Shown here: positions 27,560-42,024 of the stretch, in pieces
Layout: every line of letters starts with the position of its first letter
Numbering within the stretch: position 1 is the stretch's first letter
Source: Octopus sinensis
Lineage: Eukaryota
DNA: 64,000 nt
Assembly (NCBI RefSeq): GCF_006345805.1
Contig: NC_043001.1
Span: forward strand, 93,992,001-94,056,000
Reading direction: 5' to 3'
Program-made: the position numbers and the translations under genes
The notes under the pieces: generated by a model
What the model saw: the letters and a program-made list of their open reading frames with translations, nothing else
Told to the model about the DNA's origin: nothing
Database searches by the model: none

Positions 27560-29815
27560 ATTTATTTATTTATTTTTTATTTATCTAGTTTCATCTCACA
27601 AGCTGTGGCCATGCTGGGGCACCGCCATTTGGTGTTGCTACATGATTTTACTTCACGAATGCTTTTTAGCAATTGCCATTTGGTGCATGAGAGAGTTCGA
27701 TGCAGCTGCCCTCATCTGCATCTCCTGCCGTGAAGTTGGTTCATCTGGGATACCTGACAAGAAGAGATCCAGTTTCATTTTAAAGACATCTGCATCCACC
27801 CCATGCAGGTCTCTTAGGTTGTTCGGGAGGATATTGAAGAGCTGTGGGCCTCCGACAGTATCTTGTCCTACATCTTGATGGCAAATTTGGAGTCCTTGGC
27901 ACTATGCAGTGGCGCCCAGTTCTGGCATTTGTGTAACTCTCGATGCCAAAGTTTGGTACAAGTCCTTCTAGGATCTTCCAGATGTATATTATGGCATATC
28001 TTTCTCGCTTACGCTCTAAGGAATAGAGTCTCAATCTCTTGAGTCTTTCCCAATAGCTTATATGCTGCGCAGAGGCTATCGTTTTCGTGTAGCTTCGTTG
28101 GATCGCCTCAAGTTCTGTGATTAACTTGACACTGGATGTTGACCGTAGCTGAGAGCAATAGTCAAAGTGGCATTAGGACAAGTGTCCTCCAGAAGACAAT
28201 CATGGTTTCCTGGTCTCTTCTTCTGAAGGTTCTAAGAATCCATCCGGTCAGCCGCCTACATTTCATTGCCAATTTAGCAACATGCACATGAAAGTTTGCA
28301 TCATCACTCATGTAAATACCCAGGTCCCGCACTGATTGTGCCTCTGGGATTGCAGTCCCTCCAGGTCCAGTGTATTTATTGGGTATGCATTTAGGTTTGC
28401 GTGCTGATAGCATAGAGCTTGAAATTTTTCAGCATTGAACTGCATGCTATTCTTTTCAGCCCACTTGTATATTTTGTCCAGCTCACATTGCAGGCGTTTA
28501 GTGTCCTCAGGGTTCTGTATTGCCTGTGAAACTTTTGTATCATCTGCATAACTTGTGATCGTGGCTCTCTGCGTGGCTGAGGGCATGTCTGAGAGGGCCA
28601 TTATGAACAGTAGTGGTTCCAAAACAGTGCCCTACGGAACACCGCTCGCTATTTGCGTGTTAATGGAAGTGGCCCCATTGGTTACTACCACCTGACTTCT
28701 ATCCTTCAGAAAGTCATGAAGCCATTCTCCCAATTTTCCAACTATGCCAAGATCACGCAGTTTGTGACATATCATTCCATGATCGACTTTATCAAAGACC
28801 TTTAAAAAGTCGAGATATATCACTTCCACATTTGAGTGGTTGAGCAGTCGTTTCAGCACCCAGTCATAGTGTTGTAGGAGCTGAGTTAAGCAGCTTCTTC
28901 CTGGTCGGAAACCATGTTGGGTGTCAGGCAGCAAGTCATTTTCTTCAAGGAAGGTGATTAGTTTTTTTCTGACTATTCGTTCCATGACCTTGCTGATGTG
29001 TGAGGTCAGAGAACTAGGTTTGTAATTCTTGGCCTCCGCTCTGCTACCTCCTTTATGAATAGGGCATATTTTACCTTCCTTCGGTTTTCTTGGAAGTTTG
29101 CCAGCTGCAAGGAAGCTCTGAAAGAGGAACTGCAGTGGTCTTGCTAGGACTCTCTTACATACTTTTAGAAGGATTGCTGGGAATCCATCTGGGCCAGTAG
29201 CTGAGTTTGTTTTCATTTCATCAATAGCCTTTATTACATCGTCTTCCTTTATATTGATGTAATCAATCATTGCTGCCTCCGATGTTATATCTACAGTGGT
29301 AAAGAAGTCAGGTGGATTGCTGTCTTGAAAATGCCCTAGGGGTGGCATGAAAATACTCTTGAATTGCTCATTTATTATTTCACTTACCCTCATTGGATTT
29401 CCTGTGAGTGTGCCATCCTTTTCAAGGTGTGGCCCTATCTTACAGAGCACCGTAGCTGTTTCTTTGGCATACCTGTAGAAAGCTCTGGGGTTAGATTTTA
29501 TGTTGCCTATAGCCCAGGCTTCTTTGTCTGCTCTTTCTTTTTCATGGGAGAGTTGCAGACATTTTTCAATTTCCAACAGTTTTATTTTCAGGCGGGACTT
29601 TTCACTGCTTTCAATTTATTTGTTTAGGCGATTTGAAACTTTTGTACGACGTCTTATTAGAATTTTCCTCTCTCTGGGGATTTTGCTCTTGTGTACAGTG
29701 GCCTTTCTCTCTGGGACACATTTGTAGCATATGGCTTGCATTACAGACATGAATTGTTGAAGTTTCATGTCGATGTCTGGCGAGGATAGACATTGAGGCC
29801 AGTTTTGTTTATATT
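27560..29815 (-). mobile_element. CR1-group (CR1/L2/Crack-like) LINE, 5'-truncated, with 3' tail ending in (TAAA)-rich sequence
   Basis: Consecutive minus-strand ORF pieces give RT motifs QHGFRPGRSCLTQLL, YLDFLKVFDKVDH, SGVP, LEPLLFIM, YADDTK and C-terminal LYSLERKRERYAIIYIWKIL; broken by frameshifts and stops. Confidence 0.92.
28632..29576 (-). pseudogene. Longest open segment (314 aa) of the LINE reverse transcriptase
   Basis: ORF-track protein contains SATGPDGFPA, YKPSSLTSHISKVMERIV, QHGFRPGRSC and YLDFLKVFDKVDH. Confidence 0.9.
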
Positions 29816-29898
29816 TATAAAAAGTGTAGGTGGCACATATTTTATACATTTATATATATATATATATGCATACACGTTTGTGTCCGTGTGTGTGTCTG

Positions 29899-29957
<59 letters not shown>

Positions 29958-29992
29958 CTATATATATACATACATATATTTATATACATATG

Positions 29993-30172
29993 TGGAGGCG
30001 CAGGAGTGGGTGTGTGGTACATAGCTTGCTTGTCAACCACATGGTTCCGGCTTCAGTCACACTGCGTGGCAACTTAGGCAAGTGTGTTCAACTATAGCCT
30101 CGATTTGTTCGACTAAAGCCAGTGCTCCACCATGGCCGCAGTAAAATGACTGAAACAAACAAAAGAATAAAA
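29993..30172 (+). mobile_element. Internally deleted SINE family B
   Basis: Head 'ggcgcaggagtgggtgtgtgg' joins directly to tail 'gatttgttcgactaaagccagtgctccaccatggccgcagtaaaatgactgaaac'. Confidence 0.75.
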
Positions 30173-30289
30173 GAAAGAATAGAAAAGTATATATATATAT
30201 AGGGAGAGATAACTATACATAAACATACATACGTATACATTTAAATACGTATGTATGTGTATATATGTACACATCTCTTTAGTTATATC

Positions 30290-30612
30290 TACACGGAGCA
30301 CTCCGTCGGTTACGATGATGCGTGTCCTAGCTGATCAACGGAACAGCTTGCTCGTGAAATTAACGTGCAATGACTGAGCAATCCACAGACACGTGTACCC
30401 TTAACATAGTTCTCAGGGAGATTTAAACATGACACAGAGTGTGACAAGGCTGGACCTTTGAAATACAGTACAACTCCTTTTTACTAGCTGAGTGAACTGG
30501 AGCAACGTGAAATAAAGTGTATTGCTCAAGGACACAACGCGTTGCCGGGAATTGAACTCACGGCCTTACAATCGTGAGCCGAATGCCCCTAACCACTAAG
30601 CCACGCGCCTTC
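30290..30612 (-). mobile_element. tRNA-headed SINE (family C type)
   Basis: Shares central 'agctgagtgaactggagcaacgtgaaataaagtgt' with the 1018-1350 copy and its tail with ~5450-5575. Confidence 0.8.
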
Positions 30613-31209
30613 ACAGTTATATCTACAAATAAGCGATATACAAAGATTCCCAGACTGGTTTGGAGAAGGTAATATTAGTAACAGCTAGGTAATAATGTAT
30701 ACGTTCATGTGTAATCGATTTGGTTTTATAAAAAATCAGCCTATTTTCCTGTACTGTGTATAGAGAAATACAATATATACATAAGATTGAACACTTGCTG
30801 GTAAATCTTGATGTAACAGTCGGAAACAAGCATATAACAATATGCATTTAATTAACTTAGTCATTTGACAACAGATTTTAACGTCTTGTCTATTTCTGAC
30901 AGGCCACAAGAAGTCTCACTCTGCATGATTCTTCGTTTGTATCTTTAAATATGGTATAACAATTGTGGAAATATTGAAAATAATACTTTTTATTACCTTC
31001 AACAATACAAGCATACGCATATAATCAAGCGTGTATATTCACACATGAATTATATATACATATGTACATATACATACATATATCTATATATATATATGCA
31101 TATAAATATGAATATGTAAATATATATGTATCAATATGTATATATACATATATGTATGTATATACATATATATACATGTATAATATATATACAATATTAT
31201 ATATATACA

Positions 31210-31245
<36 letters not shown>

Positions 31246-31306
31246 CATATATACATATATATATAATATACATATATATATATATACATATATATACATA
31301 TATATA

Positions 31307-31359
<53 letters not shown>

Positions 31360-31547
31360 TGTGTGTATCTATGTGTGCGGATGTGTATATGTCTTCATAC
31401 ATATAAATATTTGTAAATGTGTTGTATATTTATAAGTATGTATATATAAGTATGTACATATATATATATATATGTTTATTTATGTATCTGTATACCTACC
31501 TACATATCTACCTACCTATCTATGTATGTATCTACCTATCTACCTAA

Positions 31548-31611
<64 letters not shown>

Positions 31612-32325
31612 CATCTATCTATCTATCTATCTAGGTTGGTAGGTAGATATGTAGGTAGGTAGCCACATAATAGCTATCTATTGATTTATTAATATACTAC
31701 TACGACTGGTATTATTTATACAATATTACAATGTCATGACAGCTATGTAATATTACTGAACCGTTTCATGCTGTTAGCTAAATTCGCAATCATCAGATGT
31801 GCTGTATATGAAATGTAAAATTTACTTACTCTATCATTTGCTTTTTTTCCTGACTCATGAGATCTTTTTCAACAGCTATGCGTGTATACATGTATGGTAT
31901 TATTTCTAGATATCTTACTAATGGATAAATAGTTAGTCTTTTACTAGAATCAATGCACTAGAACCAAGTTGTATTCCAACAACAGCACGGTTAATGAGCA
32001 TCATTGAGGGAACATGCGTAAGTTAGTGCATGTGTAGGTCTGCGTTTCGTCCTGCATACATAATATACTACATACATACATACATACATACATGCGTACA
32101 TATATATATATGTGTGTGTGTGTGTGCATGTGTGTAAAACACGTATCCTATATAAAATCAACAAACAATTAAAGATGGAGGAGAGAAGCTAAAAGTTTTA
32201 AGAAACTTTAATCCATGCATACGATCGTTTCGAATGCTAACACCAACATGTAAGAAACATGTTGGACCCCGCAAAAAATAAAAAGGATGAAGTTGAATTT
32301 AACCTTTATCGTATACACACACACA

Positions 32326-32400
<75 letters not shown>

Positions 32401-33131
32401 CTACCTACCTACCTACCTACCAGGCATTCTCAAAGGAATAGAGAGAGAGAGTGAGAGAGAAAGAGACAGGCTATGGAAATATCTAAAAATTGTTACACTT
32501 AATTTTTATTCTCCAATTTAATTGCATTTTCTGATTTTACACTTACTTGAAAAAGTCTAAAAAGGCGGAAACCGGTACTAAAATGATAAAAGTTCCTTAG
32601 AATTTTCTGTATGTATGTATATATGTATATGTGTATGTATGTATATATTCTTGCACATTGAAGCATACCTATATGCTAAATAAATTATAAGTGTCAGGAC
32701 TTGTATCTGTAACTTTCCAATTAACTCAAGATTGGCGAAGTTATATCTTGTCTTCTATCCCAGTGCCCCATGAATTGCAGGTGTAATCCGAACTTGTAAT
32801 TTGAGTTAAATTGGTGTAAATGTTTTAGCAGTCCAGCGTAGATGTTTTCTATTTCACTGACCTTCATCTTTGTGTTGACATTCGCAGAGCAGCTTACTTC
32901 GAATAAAGCACATTATTTTCAACAATACCCTTTCATCTTGTGTGGTTATTGTCTCTTCCACACTGTAGGCTCTCGTTGTACCACACTTCCATATCTTACC
33001 GGTATATAACAGTACGCTGATATTTTCGGACAAATCTTTATGGCATGGCTGATTTCTTGGTGTTAACTGCTCAAAGGTTCCATCTGTTATCGAATGTCGG
33101 TGTTTTTCCTTCAGTTTTGGCCTTTTCGTGC

Positions 33132-33168
<37 letters not shown>

Positions 33169-34099
33169 ACATACACACATGCATGCAGTGACATGTGTAT
33201 ATATGTATGTTTTCGTATGTATGTATTCATGTATGCATGTATGTATTGATTTCTATGCATTAATCTGCGACAGAAAATTTCGTAGGGTATTTTAGACGTA
33301 ACGGAGTAGATATCAGTCCAGGTCTGATCACATCTAATTTCATACAGAGAGAGGAAGAAGGAGAAAGGGAGAAAGATAGAGAGACAGATAACGGTGGTGG
33401 GGATAGAGAGACAGACAGAGAGAGTTTGGGAGGGAAGGAGATAGAATTGTTTACAGGATTGCTACTGTTTATATCGACTTATCGATTCCAAGGTATACAA
33501 TTGAACTCAGCGCTCTGTGAGTCGGCACGAACACTGCAAAACAATCTATCTCTCGTACAAAAGAGTCGTGCCATTTGCAACCATATATATATACACATAC
33601 ACACACATCTATATATATGTATATATATATACATATATATATATGTGTGTGTGTATACCTAACTCGAATACATAAACATATACATACATGCAAACAAACA
33701 TGCATACATACATACACATATAGATTTATACATGCACACGTACATACATACTTATATACATACATACTCACATACACACGGACATACATAATACATACAC
33801 TCACATACATACATACATACATACATACATACATACATACGTATATACAAACATTAATACATACATACCTCCATGCATGCATACATGCATACATACATGC
33901 GTACATACACACAAACATACATATACACATACATACACTAATACATACATAAATGCATATATACATACATGCATACGTTAATGATGGCTGTTGATTCGAA
34001 AAACGACCGTGGATGAGTCAATAATGTGTATCTCAGCATTACATGTTTTGAGACCGCTAATGCCTCTTGAATTCCGTCAGCGAATTACAGAGGTTTGAC

Positions 34100-34900
34100 A
34101 TTTATACATATTCTCCTAACTTCTTTGTTTTTCCGGATCCTTCTGACGATTTTCTAAGTGCACCTACATGTGCCTAGATAAACATGAGCAATTTTACGTA
34201 CATGTTCTTGCACACGGTGCGTATGAGGTTGGCTCTGGCATGAATGTTTTTGTAGATTGTAACAGGTCTCTTTGCATAGATTCTCTGGTAGCTCACCAGG
34301 CCTACCCAATACACATATATGCGGCTACAGAATTCAGACCTCACGAAGGACTGCAGGGTGATCGGAAATGTCTTTTCGTGCTGACCACTCTATGTATGAC
34401 CACTAGTTTCCCTACCGCTAGAATGCGATCACTCCGCCATAGACTCCTCGCCTGCAAGTCTTCCTGTCATATGATATATCTTTCAACTCCTGTTCCGAAA
34501 TCTCACATATTCCGATCGATTCCTTTAACTTGTCCTTGAATTACTTCATTGTATTATGTTATGGTGGAGTCCCTTGCGACAATTCGCTATATAACAATTA
34601 CTTCGCAAATCTGCTATCATGAAGATGCACGTAATCAATCCAGTTCATACGGTGACGATGGATGTGTGCCTAATTTCTCACTTGACCGTCTCTGACTAAA
34701 ACTTCCATATCAGAGGTTTGAGTCAACCAGTGTATGCCCGGCATGTTTCTCCAACACTTCTGATGAAAACGCTCAAGTGATTATAGGAATTGCGATGCAC
34801 TACCCATGTTTCGCACGAATAATAGGCATGGCAGCACGCAGAATTTGTCGACAGCCAACTTGTTATTTTCTGAGAACAGACATGACCCTTCACAGTGGCA
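34100..34900 (-). mobile_element. RTE-clade LINE 3' fragment, decayed
   Basis: Minus-strand translation across frameshifts: KLAVDKFCVLPCL..CETWVVHR...HRMNWIDYVHLHDSRFAK*LLYSELSQG...FKDKLKESIGICEI...DRKTCR. Matches RTE consensus LLYGCETW, LRWLGHV, PK.LLY.EL..G, RFKD.LK. Boundaries approximate. Confidence 0.8.
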
Positions 34901-35202
34901 AATTATTTGCCACTGTGAAGTGACAAATGCATGTTTCGCTTTTTATTCGTGTAATGATCTCGTCGTTTAAAGAGCAGTGTTGGTTGATAGTACCACCTTA
35001 GGAATGGAAACGTATCAGCTAACATCACTTGGTGGCCCTCAACATAAATAGCTGGATCTATGTGTGGAAATACAGGCACAGATTTGTGTATTACTACAGT
35101 TTTGTGAAGGCTGATGGTGAGACCAGATTCCTTGCGTCACTTTTGTGGTGTGTCACAGGATTATACTTAACGACACAATACATTCATACGTAAGTACGTA
35201 CA

Positions 35203-35234
<32 letters not shown>

Positions 35235-36526
35235 GAAATATATATGTGTGTGTATTTGTATGTGTATGTATGTGTGTGTGTATGTATTTGCGCATATATA
35301 TGCTTGAACGACATTTTAAGATACACTTAGATCAAAATTTAATTACAGCTCTTGGTGGTCGAAAGCTTATATGCAATTTATGTAGGTGTCTTTTCAAAAC
35401 ATTATTGTCTGGTTTAAAAAGACACATCAGCCGCGATTATAGATCTATAGTATAAGTACAACAGGTGGTCAAGTGCAAGAGTAAACAACCATTATCTGTA
35501 TGGGTATAGACACACACACACACACACACGCACAAATATATAACGATTGTGAGGATAGTGCAAAAAATGAAAATGACTGGAGAAGACAATCTATTATATA
35601 AAATCTATTCTCTGTGTGTGTGTGTGTCTTCTAGGATCTCGGGCAACCACCACCTGATGGCGCTCAAATTTGATAAGTAGATACCGACGGTATCAGGGCG
35701 TGTATAAGTCTTGCAAAAATTTAAAAGATCGATTCCAGGTAAGAATGCGATCGATAAAGCCGTGGAAATGTAAATTCGTACGCGCAAGTACATCAGCTGT
35801 TGCGATGTACTTACTGGTAATTTGAACTCTTCAGTTGCATATTTGTGTGAATAAAATCGTTTTTATTTGGAATAGAAAAAAAGTTTATCTTTATTTCTTC
35901 TTTTGCTGGTGTCTCAAATTTAGGTTAAATCAGTGTTTCTCAAAGGAGAAGCCTATAGGACGGTCGGACAAGTTGTTTTGAGAAAATTTGGTTTAAATGT
36001 TTGACAACTCAGCACCGTCCATTGGCTCGTGTCATATAAGACAAATATATTCTGTAACAGAAAGTAATCTAGTTGCATGAAGACACAAGGAAAAATGATC
36101 AAAATATGCATAATTTTGACTTTCCCCAGGTATTATATTTATTTAACTAGTCATCTCCATGTCCTTGGTGCTCAAAGTAACGTAACTGCTGATATGCGCA
36201 GTCGATATTTCGTTTGTGGAAAACAACTTCAATAATGAAGATACATATGTGAAATCGTTCAAATTGAATGAATTAGTTTCTACATATTAAAATTGTAAAT
36301 ATGAAAACAAATTAACTATATTATAGATACATACTTAAAATTGCAAATAATGAAAAGAATTAACTGTATTGTAGAATTTTGAACTGTACATAGTTAAATT
36401 GTAAGTAATGAAAACAAATTAACCATATTTTAGGAAATTTTAGCTGTGGGTGGTGTGTTTCCTGGTGTGGAGTGTGGAAGATAATGTGTTTGTGTGTTTG
36501 CGTGTCTGAGTATGCATATATATATA

Positions 36527-36576
<50 letters not shown>

Positions 36577-37272
36577 TATATGTATATATGTATATTTACG
36601 ATTTACAGTCATTTATTATATCGAATATGCAATAGGTGTATATACAGTTAAAATATACGTACACGTTGCCAGGAATGTGTTTGATATGTAAAATGTGTAT
36701 ATCCAATAGTGTTACAGTGTTAGACTTAGTAGTTATTCGAGCAATGTGTTTGTGGAGGATTATCGGATTGGATTTGATGCCGAAGAAAGAGTCATAGCTC
36801 CTGTAATATGCATAAAGACACATTCCCTGTTTTAGTCTCTTCGATTGCAGTGCTGGCTATGATTTCTACAGAAAATATGTAGAGTTAACTTTAGAAAGTA
36901 ATATATATTCTTTCTGTTTTCATATAATGAATGCATCTTTCATCATAAGCTGTGTATTAAGTTCTGTAGTAGGGTACGATTGTACAGTGTATGACGAACA
37001 ATAGGCGGTCGTGCCGTTCTCACTGACGAAGCGTACGGAAATACGCGAAACTAGCTGTCTAGTCTGATAGCTTCTCGATTCTGTCATGAGGCGGTTTCTT
37101 TCCTTGTCAGCATATGTGTATTCACTTGCGCACTTTCTTGCATCGCAAGGAGTATTTTACTCCTATTTCTAGCAATGTGGGCGTCTTGGCACCATCAGTC
37201 ACATTTAGTAACGATTGATGTTTTCCTTTATGATATTATATTATACCTAGCTGTTTATATACATATGCACGA

Positions 37273-37432
37273 TGGGCTTCTTTCAGTTTCCATCTACCAA
37301 ATCCACTCACAAGGATTTGGTCGACCCGAGGCCATAGTAGACGACACTTGCTTAAGGTTCCACGCAGTGGGACTGAATCCGGAACCACGTGGTTCGTAAA
37401 CAAGCTACCTACCTACCACACAGCCACTCCTA
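37273..37432 (-). mobile_element. SINE family B head/body fragment
   Basis: Reverse complement of the SINE B head and body. Confidence 0.8.
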
Positions 37433-38030
37433 CGCCTATATATATATATCAAAGATGTTTATTGTTTATTTTTCTCCTATTCCAGTCATTGGAATACATT
37501 CATTCTGTGTTACCGTCTTGAATAGTTTAGACGACACCATGCATCGGCGAGCCCGTGGCCGTAATAAAATATATTTCCTGAAAATGCAGCGCATCTTGAA
37601 TGCGAAAGGAGCGGGATGTAAAATAAGTTTCCTATGCACACATTCGTGTTTGCAAATGTGCACATGTACCTGTGCCTCTACAAAATACATCATGCAGTAC
37701 AATCATACTCTGACAAAGAACTCAATACACAGCATGTGGTGGAATATACGTTAATTACATGAAAACACCCAGAATATATTTTAATTGAGAGTCGCATCAT
37801 ATTTTGCTGGAATGTCTGTGTTTAGAATAAAGATTTATTGTTTTATGAAAAAGATGAAGAAGGCAATAAAATGTTAGTCAAAGCTATTACTATATTTGAA
37901 AATGTGTAAAGCTAGTAGTAATATTAAATACTGCTGACAACTTTGCTCTGGCAGTTGTTACGTTCGAAGCTATGTATGAATACATACATAAATACATACA
38001 TGTACACATACATGCATATACATACATAAG

Positions 38031-38080
<50 letters not shown>

Positions 38081-38215
38081 ATGCATAAAAATATATAATA
38101 TGTACATATATATGCATACATATACACGCATACATGGACATACATACACATATCTACCTTTCTGTCTGTCTGTCTGTCTATTTATCTATCTAACTATATT
38201 TATATTTATGTATGC

Positions 38216-38262
<47 letters not shown>

Positions 38263-38789
38263 CACGCATATATATATATATATATATAAACAGGTAGATA
38301 TATATTTATGTATGTGTATATGTGTGTATGTATATGTATATATATATATACACACACACAGTATGTGTATGTGTCTGTTTGTAGCTATGTATCTATAAAT
38401 TTCCATTCCTAGAACTGTTCAACCCAATAGATAACTAATCACATTTACACCCATTTATTACATTTAAAATATTTATTTTAGATATAGTTTATATAAGTTA
38501 TATTTAGTATAAATTACATTTTTTATAAGTTATATTTAGTGCAACTGTGTAAGATAGATTATCCTGATTAGCGGATTAGAATTTATCTAGTTATTCGAAC
38601 GGAAACTTAATGTGTTTCTTTAATTTCATTCCCGAGTAAAATAATGATAAAAGAAAATTGAGAAATATCAATGCGGAATGACAAAGGGAGGATATCATTA
38701 AAGGTACGTATACTGGTGTTCCAGCGTGACTGCGGTTACACGGCAGAAACGAATAAAAAAATAAACAAGCATATTTATTTGCATACATA

Positions 38790-39172
38790 GGCGTAGGAGT
38801 GGCTGGGTGGTAAGTAGTTAGCTTATGAACCATATAGTTCAGGGTTTAGTCCCACTGCGTGGCACCTTGAGCGAGTGTTTTCTACTATAGCCTCGGGCCG
38901 ACCAAAGCCTTGTGAGTAGATTCAGTAGACGGAAACTGAAAGAAGCCCGTTGATATATATGTATATATATGTGTATGTGTGTGTATATGTTTGTGTGTCT
39001 GTGTCTGTCCTCCCAAATGCGGGTATGTTTAAGTCCCCGTAATATAGCGGTTCGGCAAAAGAGACCGGTACTAGGCATAGAAAGAATAAGCCCTGGGGGT
39101 CGATTCGCTCGACTAAAGGCGGTGATCCAGCATGGCCACAGTCAAATGACTGAAACAAGTAAAAGAGAGTAA
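38790..39172 (+). mobile_element. Near full-length SINE family B
   Basis: Runs from head 'ggcgtaggagtggctgggtgg' to tail 'ggcggtgatccagcatggccacagtcaaatgactgaaacaagtaaaagag'. Confidence 0.88.
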
Positions 39173-39599
39173 AAAGTAAACACCAAATAACACACTCAGA
39201 CACACACTCGCATACACACAAACACGCGCACATTTATAACTTATGAAGGAAGGTAAATGTGTAGAGTGCCATGCTCTCCCTTCCACTACTCAGTGTATTT
39301 TTATCAACACAGTAAATCGAGACAAGAATATTTGCATGAATATGCCTATAATCAGGTTGGCGAGAAAGTATGAAAGAAGGTCACCTTATTGTGGTCCTCT
39401 CTTGTTTTTGCCTAGCCAGTACACCCTCCACAGCAGATTCTCTGGCTATTATTTTCCTTACTAATCGTTATTATTTAGTTGTTTACACGTCTATACTTAA
39501 ATCATCTCTGTCATTTCTCTTAGTATCGCTCTGTTTATTTCGGCGAAAGAGGGAGGTTGAATATAATTATTCTAAACGCTGGAGAAAAAATGAATTACA

Positions 39600-40170
39600 G
39601 AAAGCACTTGTGATCTTGCTGATCTTGGACACACAGGGCGGTGATATTTGCTTTCATCTGTTCAGAAGTTCTGTATTAAGTTCCCTGGTGAAATCCTGAC
39701 ATTTCTCAATTTTTAAAAATTTCTTCGGTATCGACTCTGTTAGCATAAGAAATTAGAAAGTCTATGATCTTACATCGATTGTTCATTTTGTCCTATGAAA
39801 ATCATATTTTCTCTTGATGCGTCAATAGTACGATCTATCTTTAATGGATAGTCACATTAGCTCATATAATGCTTACTCTCTATCACAGCCGCTGGTTGTT
39901 GCTCATGCAACTGCCCTGCTAACGGGAAGCTTCACCCTTATCTAATGCGCTCGTTTACCTACACATTCAAACTTGCATTCATTCAAGAAATGTTAATCTC
40001 TTTCATCTCCTTTTCTACAACTCTTCATTTGTTGCTTGCCTTTGTGTATCTTTGTGTACCTTTGCCTGTAACAAATTCATGCTAATGGCTTATTCCTGAA
40101 CAACTCTAATTAACATTTCGGTGGTCTTATGTAGAAGTCTATAAAACGCATTTTTTTCACTCTTTAAAGA
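39600..40170 (-). mobile_element. Old R4/Dong-type retrotransposon C-terminal remnant
   Basis: Minus-strand translation with stops and shifts: TTEMLIRVVQE*AISMNLLQAKVHK ... DYPLKIDRTIDASRENMIF ... KIIDFLISYANRVDTEEILKIEKCQDFTREL. Compare R4 ETE.LI.AAQEQAI.TN, WDF...DRTI.A.RPDI, IID....D.RV...E.EK.EKYQDL.REL. Confidence 0.65.
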
Positions 40171-42024
40171 ATTTCAAAATTGATCTGCGTCCAATATAGA
40201 ACGACTGGAGACTGAGTGCAAATAGATGGATAACTCCATTTAGTACAACAATCCTTGCTAATATAATACTGAGAACAAACAAATATTATAGTTTGTAATT
40301 TGGTCGGCAGTGATGTGAGGTGGTCACAACCTCTTTCTATACGCTTCCATCTTCAGCGTACATAATTCATACGTGATAAATGATTTATATTATTTAATAA
40401 CACCGTTAACTTAATGAAATATTTTCTAATTATCCTAAACAAGAAATTATTCGAGAAAATATAATTGAATGTTAAATTTACACCTGCCTGTGATCAGCTA
40501 CCAACGCGTAGGTGGTAGCAAAATCATAGCAGTCGTGGTTCAAGTTGAAATACTGCATTTCTATAACGTAATTGATTTATTATAGATTTATGGTTTCATA
40601 AATTATGTTTTATAAGTTATATTTAAAAGTTCAGAATCTTACATTCTCCCTCACACGTGTTTTCACAAAACGTATTTCTAATATAAGAGTGCGTGTTATA
40701 TGTCGACAAATACAGTATTTAAGGCGGATATATATTCATCTCAGGATATATATATATATATTAATGATGGCGGAATCACTTAACTGCTGGTCAGTGATGT
40801 GCAGTACTTACTCCGGCTCTTCATTCTTTCTGTTCAAACACCGCTGATGCCAGCTACAAAAGTGATTGATGGTATCCATTGAATCCTTCAACTCAGATGT
40901 GCTGACCTTACGCCAAAATTTGAAAACAATATTTTTAATAGTATTATTGTCATCATCGCCATCATTGTTGCTGTTGTTGTTCTTCTTCTTCTGCGTCGGG
41001 GCAGAAAATGTTTGAAAGCCAGATAAAATGCTTAGCGTCATTTCATCCATCTTTACGTTCTGAATTTAAATTCCACGGAGGTCAACTTCGCCTTTTATCA
41101 TTTCAAGGTCGATAACATAAGTACCAGTTGAACAATGGGGTAATCGACTTTCTCCTCGTCCAGTAATACCAGCCTTGTATCAGTATTGGGAAATCAGTTT
41201 CGTTATTATCATTATGATGTTTTTCCGCCGAGGTTGACTTTACCTTTCATCCTTTCGGGGACAATAAAATATAGTATCATTTGAGTACAGAGGTTGATGT
41301 AATCGACTTAGCACCTCCTCGAAACTGCTGGCTTTGTGCAAAAATTTGAAATCATTATCATTATGAAGCTTGTGCTTTCTAATTTACTGAGAGAGTAGCT
41401 TATGCCATAAAAATTACGCTGGTGTGTAAATATATGAAGCCCAACGCACCCATCTACACACTACACACTAGATAAACGTTTACTAGACAAACGCATCATA
41501 ACCATATGTGCACAACATATTAAACTGAAGTGAAGATAAACAGAGCATGACGTTGCAGGTGTGGCCCAGTTAGAACTGTTTTAAGGTTCCTGTATAAGGG
41601 TTATTTAAAGATGTTGAACAAAATACCTATGTACCGGATGTAAATTATCCAACTCTCACACAATCCCTATCAAAACATATCTATGATGCCCCACCTCTAC
41701 TCCTGCTCTTGATCAGAGATGCACATATAGGCAGTCACTAAGGAATATCTTCAAGTGGTTGAGGTCAAGCAACAGGCAAGAAAATCTGAGGAATATTTCC
41801 TGCAGCCCATCCATTTTATACCAAGATACAACATGCCCATATAGATAATTCCATTCGTAAATATCAGAAGCCATGAGAGCCACGGTCTGGTACTGCACCA
41901 GGGCACTTATTATAATTATTATTACGCGATGAAAACTCGCAGCTTATTTTGCTGGGTATGATGGAAAGTGTCAGCTGTCCACAGCAACAATCTAAGGTTA
42001 CACTTGTTTACTGTTCACTTGTTT

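Noticed and set aside
34760-34766. CTGATGA hammerhead-like core
   Set aside because: Antisense of the RTE coding region (F-H-Q motif position); no closing stems.
35635-35738. AG...CAG|GTAAGA exon candidate (…RYRRYQGVYKSCKNLKDRFQ)
   Set aside because: All three frames contain stops from the obvious acceptor; a selenocysteine or sequence-error explanation is unsupported.
41690-41900. Possible LTR-retrotransposon integrase remnant (LLIRDAHIGSH*G)
   Set aside because: Only one short motif; neighbouring frames do not continue the match.
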